Source of the DNA: Bacteroidales bacterium
GTDB lineage: Bacteria; Bacteroidota; Bacteroidia; Bacteroidales; CAIWKO01
Assembly (NCBI GenBank): GCA_035389045.1
Contig: DAOORA010000011.1
Coordinates: 62,001-91,770 of the forward strand
Direction of reading: 5' to 3'
Length of the DNA stretch: 29,770 nucleotides
Shown in pieces: positions 26,851 through 29,770 of the stretch; position 1 is the stretch's first letter; every line of letters begins with the position of its first letter. The position numbers and the translations under genes were made by a program. The notes beneath the pieces were generated by a model that was not told where the DNA came from, ran no database searches, and saw nothing but the letters and a program-made list of their open reading frames with translations.

Positions 26851-27921
26851 ATGGAAAAAACAAAAAATTTGCTGGTCGCTTTAGCCGATAAAAATTATAT
26901 CGATCAGGCGAAACAACTGTTTTCAAGCGCTTATTGGAATGCCGGATGGAACGGAGATTATATGCTTCTGGCTCATGATATTCCAGAAGGAAAACTGAAA
27001 TGGTTTCATGAAAAAGGAATACTGGTCAAACACTGTAAACCATTAATTAAAAAAAAATTAAATTGCCCCTTACCTCCTGTTGTATTCGATAAACTCTATC
27101 TTTTTACCGAAGAATTTAAAAAATGGAGAACTATTGTTTTTCTTGATTCAGACATGATAGTAAAAGCGCCAATAGACGAATTAACGAAAATAAAATATTT
27201 TGGAGTTACACGGGATATATATTTTAATAAGCTGAAGTCGCAATTATTCGACCCCACCAATAACCAGTATAATAATATTACATACGATATAAATGTCCCT
27301 GCTTTTAATTCCGGAGTTATTTCCTTTAATACCGACATTATAACCCCGGACACGTTCAGTGAATTATTACATCTTCTGAAAATAACATCAGAATATAAAT
27401 ACGGAGAACAACCCGTTTTAAACCTGTATTTTTATGAAAAATGGGAAGAACTACCCTCCGTTTATAATGTAGTTGTAAATTATCATGGCACAAAAACACA
27501 GAAAAAAATTAAAAGCATTATCCTGCATTTTGCGGCATGTCACGGCGAAGTACGTTATTCCTTATGGGACCCCAAAAACCATTATTATAATGAATGGAAG
27601 ACAAATCTTGAAAAAGCAGATCTAATGGACCTGAACAATATTCCGATAATTGCAAAATGGAGCCGGTTTAAAACAAATTTTTACTCAACAATAAATAATA
27701 TTGATTTCCTGACCTATAAAAATCGTACGCGATTTGCTTTATTTTTCAAATATCATGTAAAACCAGTGTTATTTTACATCATTAAAACTCCTGACCGGCT
27801 TATAGGCCTCACTGGCCTGGTAATTAAAATAATCAGCCCAGGCCTTTATTATGTATTGAAGGGACAGGAAGATATTGATGTTTTTACTGATGAACCGGTA
27901 GAAAACAGTAAGCCAAACTGA
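26851..27921 (+). CDS. Glycosyltransferase family 8, paralog 6 of 6
   Basis: FLDSD, FNSGV, GEQPVLN, IILHF. Confidence 0.88.
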   Translation: MEKTKNLLVALADKNYIDQAKQLFSSAYWNAGWNGDYMLLAHDIPEGKLKWFHEKGILVKHCKPLIKKKLNCPLPPVVFDKLYLFTEEFKKWRTIVFLDSDMIVKAPIDELTKIKYFGVTRDIYFNKLKSQLFDPTNNQYNNITYDINVPAFNSGVISFNTDIITPDTFSELLHLLKITSEYKYGEQPVLNLYFYEKWEELPSVYNVVVNYHGTKTQKKIKSIILHFAACHGEVRYSLWDPKNHYYNEWKTNLEKADLMDLNNIPIIAKWSRFKTNFYSTINNIDFLTYKNRTRFALFFKYHVKPVLFYIIKTPDRLIGLTGLVIKIISPGLYYVLKGQEDIDVFTDEPVENSKPN

Positions 27922-28037
27922 GTGCTTTTTTTATATTCAGAAGAATTTATGGATGAATGACGGGAACAATACCGACAGATGGACACTACAGGAAATGCCT
28001 GTTAAAAACCCTGATTAAACACCCTGGTATTGTACCT

Positions 28038-28089
28038 AAAAAAGCCGGGCAGGGATCGAGCCATTTTTGCCAACCATGTACCTGCCCGG
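28038..28089 (-). terminator. Hairpin + U-tract (intrinsic terminator-like, unusually large loop)
   Basis: Minus strand reads ccgggcagg-N27-cctgcccgg-c-tttttt; 9-bp perfect GC-rich stem. Confidence 0.6.
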
Positions 28090-28110
28090 GAAAGTAAAAA
28101 ATCGACAATA

Positions 28111-28144
28111 CAAAATTAGTACAACAAAACGCAAAGAACATGCG
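28111..28144 (-). promoter_or_regulatory. -7 box (TAATTTTG, 28111-28118) with upstream palindrome CGCA-N7-TGCG (28130-28144); putative WYL-regulated promoter
   Basis: Same arrangement as the WYL gene's own upstream region (29626-29657). Confidence 0.45.
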
Positions 28145-28186
28145 ATTTGGTTTTTAAAATTTAATTGATCAGCACAATAATAATCT

Positions 28187-28600
28187 TTAGATTTTATTTA
28201 GCAGTTCTATTGCTTTGGCTTTGTTGATCCGGATATTGTAATAATTGAACAGCGTTGTTGTCGCTGGTTCGTCCTCAATAAGGTCGAAGGATAAATAACG
28301 GTCGGGCAGCGGAGGAAAGTATAATGTGAAGTACAGGTTGTCCACAGTGCTCCTAAAATGATGTTTATCGGGCTTAACAGGAATATTTTCGGCTTTCAGC
28401 ATTTGTAGCTTTTCTTTGCTGTGATGGATGCGGATGAATGTTTCAGGATGAATATTCACCCATCCGCCGCGGATATAAAAAGAGTCGGTTTGATGCCCGA
28501 AATCAATGCGGGTAAGCTTTTCGTAAAGGATAATCCGGAGCATACGCGGACACCCCGTATTGGTTTTATATGAAGGGAGGTTATACAGTTTGGGTTTCAT
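28187..28600 (-). CDS. Hypothetical protein co-transcribed with the WYL regulator
   Basis: 137-aa ORF overlapping the WYL 3' end by 20 nt; protein-like beta-rich pattern (GGWVNI..ETFI, YFTLYFPPLP..FDLIE..FNYYNI). Confidence 0.75.
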   Translation of the reverse strand: MKPKLYNLPSYKTNTGCPRMLRIILYEKLTRIDFGHQTDSFYIRGGWVNIHPETFIRIHHSKEKLQMLKAENIPVKPDKHHFRSTVDNLYFTLYFPPLPDRYLSFDLIEDEPATTTLFNYYNIRINKAKAIELLNKI

Positions 28601-29618
28601 GGTGATTCATTCTGTAACGGAAAAAAGCAGTTTTCAGGGCATCTTCAACCGCTTTCACTATTGGTGAAGGCTTTAAAACAACCACATCAGGACTGAATTG
28701 TTTGAAAAAATTGACCAGTTCCTGCGAAGGGATCAGTTCTACTTCAAAGACTATGCTTCCGTCGGATTTTACATTATGCTCTTTTTGCGATTCATGAATG
28801 GGATTGGCTTTGATGTAATCGGACATAAGCGCACTCGCATAAAAATATATCTTCTGATGTTTATAACCAGGCCAGGGATAAGTTCCGTAAATATGCGAAA
28901 AATAGGCGTTGACGATCCTTTCATCTACCTCATGAAACGGTTTATCCAGAAACAAGGGATCGCGAATGCGGTCGAGACCGAAAGTGCGCAGGCCCTTATG
29001 CTGTTCGGAATAAGCCACCAGATACCATCGGTTCTGAAATTCCTTTAGCAGCATTGGATGCGTGATCACGGAGTTAAAGCATCTTTTTTTGTAGGAATAA
29101 TGTATAAAACAAACCGGGATCCTGTTTGCAACCGCATGAAGCAGCCGTTCGAAATTCTCAAAGCCTTTCTGCTGGTTATAGGTATCTGTCTGTATACACC
29201 GCTGTTTTTTGCCGATCTGGAACTTTTTTTCTTTAAGGGATGCGAAGATCTTTTCAACCGCCTGATTGAAATTCTCACTGATGCGGCTGCCTGTGAATGC
29301 TTCCAGCATATCCGAAACCGCGTCAAGAGCTTCAATATCCGAACTGTTCAGCGGAATGGTATTGATAGAATAATCAGTATCGGCATAATAATAACCATTA
29401 AACTGCCTGCTGAACTTTATGGGGGCAAGAAAACCCAGAGCATCATCTTCCTTCATGGCCTTGATGTCTTTCTGTATAGCGGAAACCGAAAATATCTTTC
29501 CGAGTTTACGTTCGCAGGCAGCGATCAGATCCTGAATGGTCGGATAGGTGACAAAACGGTTGGTAAGACATTCATCAATGACTTTGTACCGGATATATGC
29601 TTCTTTGTTCAACGACAT
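28581..29618 (-). CDS. WYL-domain transcriptional regulator (N-terminal wHTH, WYL, WCX)
   Basis: NKEAYIRYKVIDECL...S.IQKDIKAM..APIK..GYYY (HTH); HP.LLKEFQNRWYLVA...RTFGLDRI; PIHESQ; VVVLKP. Confidence 0.93.
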   Translation of the reverse strand: MSLNKEAYIRYKVIDECLTNRFVTYPTIQDLIAACERKLGKIFSVSAIQKDIKAMKEDDALGFLAPIKFSRQFNGYYYADTDYSINTIPLNSSDIEALDAVSDMLEAFTGSRISENFNQAVEKIFASLKEKKFQIGKKQRCIQTDTYNQQKGFENFERLLHAVANRIPVCFIHYSYKKRCFNSVITHPMLLKEFQNRWYLVAYSEQHKGLRTFGLDRIRDPLFLDKPFHEVDERIVNAYFSHIYGTYPWPGYKHQKIYFYASALMSDYIKANPIHESQKEHNVKSDGSIVFEVELIPSQELVNFFKQFSPDVVVLKPSPIVKAVEDALKTAFFRYRMNHHETQTV

Positions 29619-29625
29619 GATACTG

Positions 29626-29657
29626 CAAATATAAATATAAATCGCAAGTTAAATGCA
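29626..29657 (-). promoter_or_regulatory. WYL gene promoter: -7 box TATATTTG (29626-29633) plus imperfect palindrome CGCA-N7-TGCA (29643-29657)
   Basis: The TAnnTTTG box ends 7 nt before the ATG (near-leaderless); the palindrome matches that at 28130. Confidence 0.5.
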
Positions 29658-29665
29658 TTATCACC

Positions 29666-29701
29666 AAAAAGGCCTGTAAACGTTGATTTACAGGCCTTTT
29701 T
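29666..29701. terminator. Intrinsic terminator downstream of the tRNA (bidirectional type)
   Basis: aaaaaggcctgtaaa-cgttga-tttacaggccttttt, a perfect 15-bp inverted repeat. Confidence 0.85.
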
Positions 29702-29704
29702 ATG

Positions 29705-29770
29705 TAGCCCCACCGGGAATCGAACCTGGATTTAAAGTTTAGGAAACTTCCGTTCTATCCGTTGAACTAT
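29705..29770 (-). tRNA. tRNA-Arg(CCT), first ~6 nt cut off by the window edge
   Basis: Minus strand: atagttcaacggatagaac-g-gaagt-ttCCTaa-acttt-aaat-ccagg-ttcgatt-cccgg-tggggct-a. D arm, anticodon arm and T arm all present. Confidence 0.95.

Noticed and set aside
19882..27921. Diversity-generating retroelement or shufflon as the source of GT8 variation
   Set aside because: No reverse transcriptase or recombinase, no near-identical TR/VR pair with adenine-specific differences, and all copies are co-oriented full genes.
29058..29735. 225-aa plus-strand ORF (and other short antisense ORFs in the track)
   Set aside because: Shadow ORFs opposite well-supported genes; this one also crosses the terminator and the tRNA.
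1..29770. CRISPR array, transposase, integrase or prophage genes
   Set aside because: No regularly spaced repeats or such ORFs seen.

Overview
Bacteroidota-type bacterial DNA, judged from recurrent TAnnTTTG -7 promoter boxes and gene families. It is mostly a large surface-glycan/glycoprotein biosynthesis region ending at a tRNA-Arg(CCT). Left arm (minus): GT9 (partial), a polyprenyl-phosphate-sugar-synthase-like GT2, two TMTC-like GT-C+TPR paralogs, and a frameshifted remnant of a third next to a MITE. Then a CDGSH Fe-S protein, a CxxCH heme protein and a CPA2 antiporter. Then a minus-strand operon hddC-hddA-gmhA-GT2-GT2-GT4 (GDP-heptose pathway; no gmhB in the window). Diverging from it (plus): B12-binding radical SAM, a hypothetical protein, radical SAM/SPASM, and six tandem GT8 paralogs sharing a distinctive C-terminal tail, plus an orphan tail fragment. 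At the right end is a WYL regulator + hypothetical pair. Main candidates: (1) the six-copy GT8 array with two radical SAM enzymes; (2) a CGCA-N7-TGC(G/A) motif beside a -7 box both upstream and downstream of the WYL operon, the downstream copy preceding only a ~65-nt hairpin+U-tract unit; (3) a putative bacterial TMTC-type protein glycosylation module; (4) a GC-rich multi-hairpin element inside the GT8 array. All calls are by eye from motifs; no searches were run.
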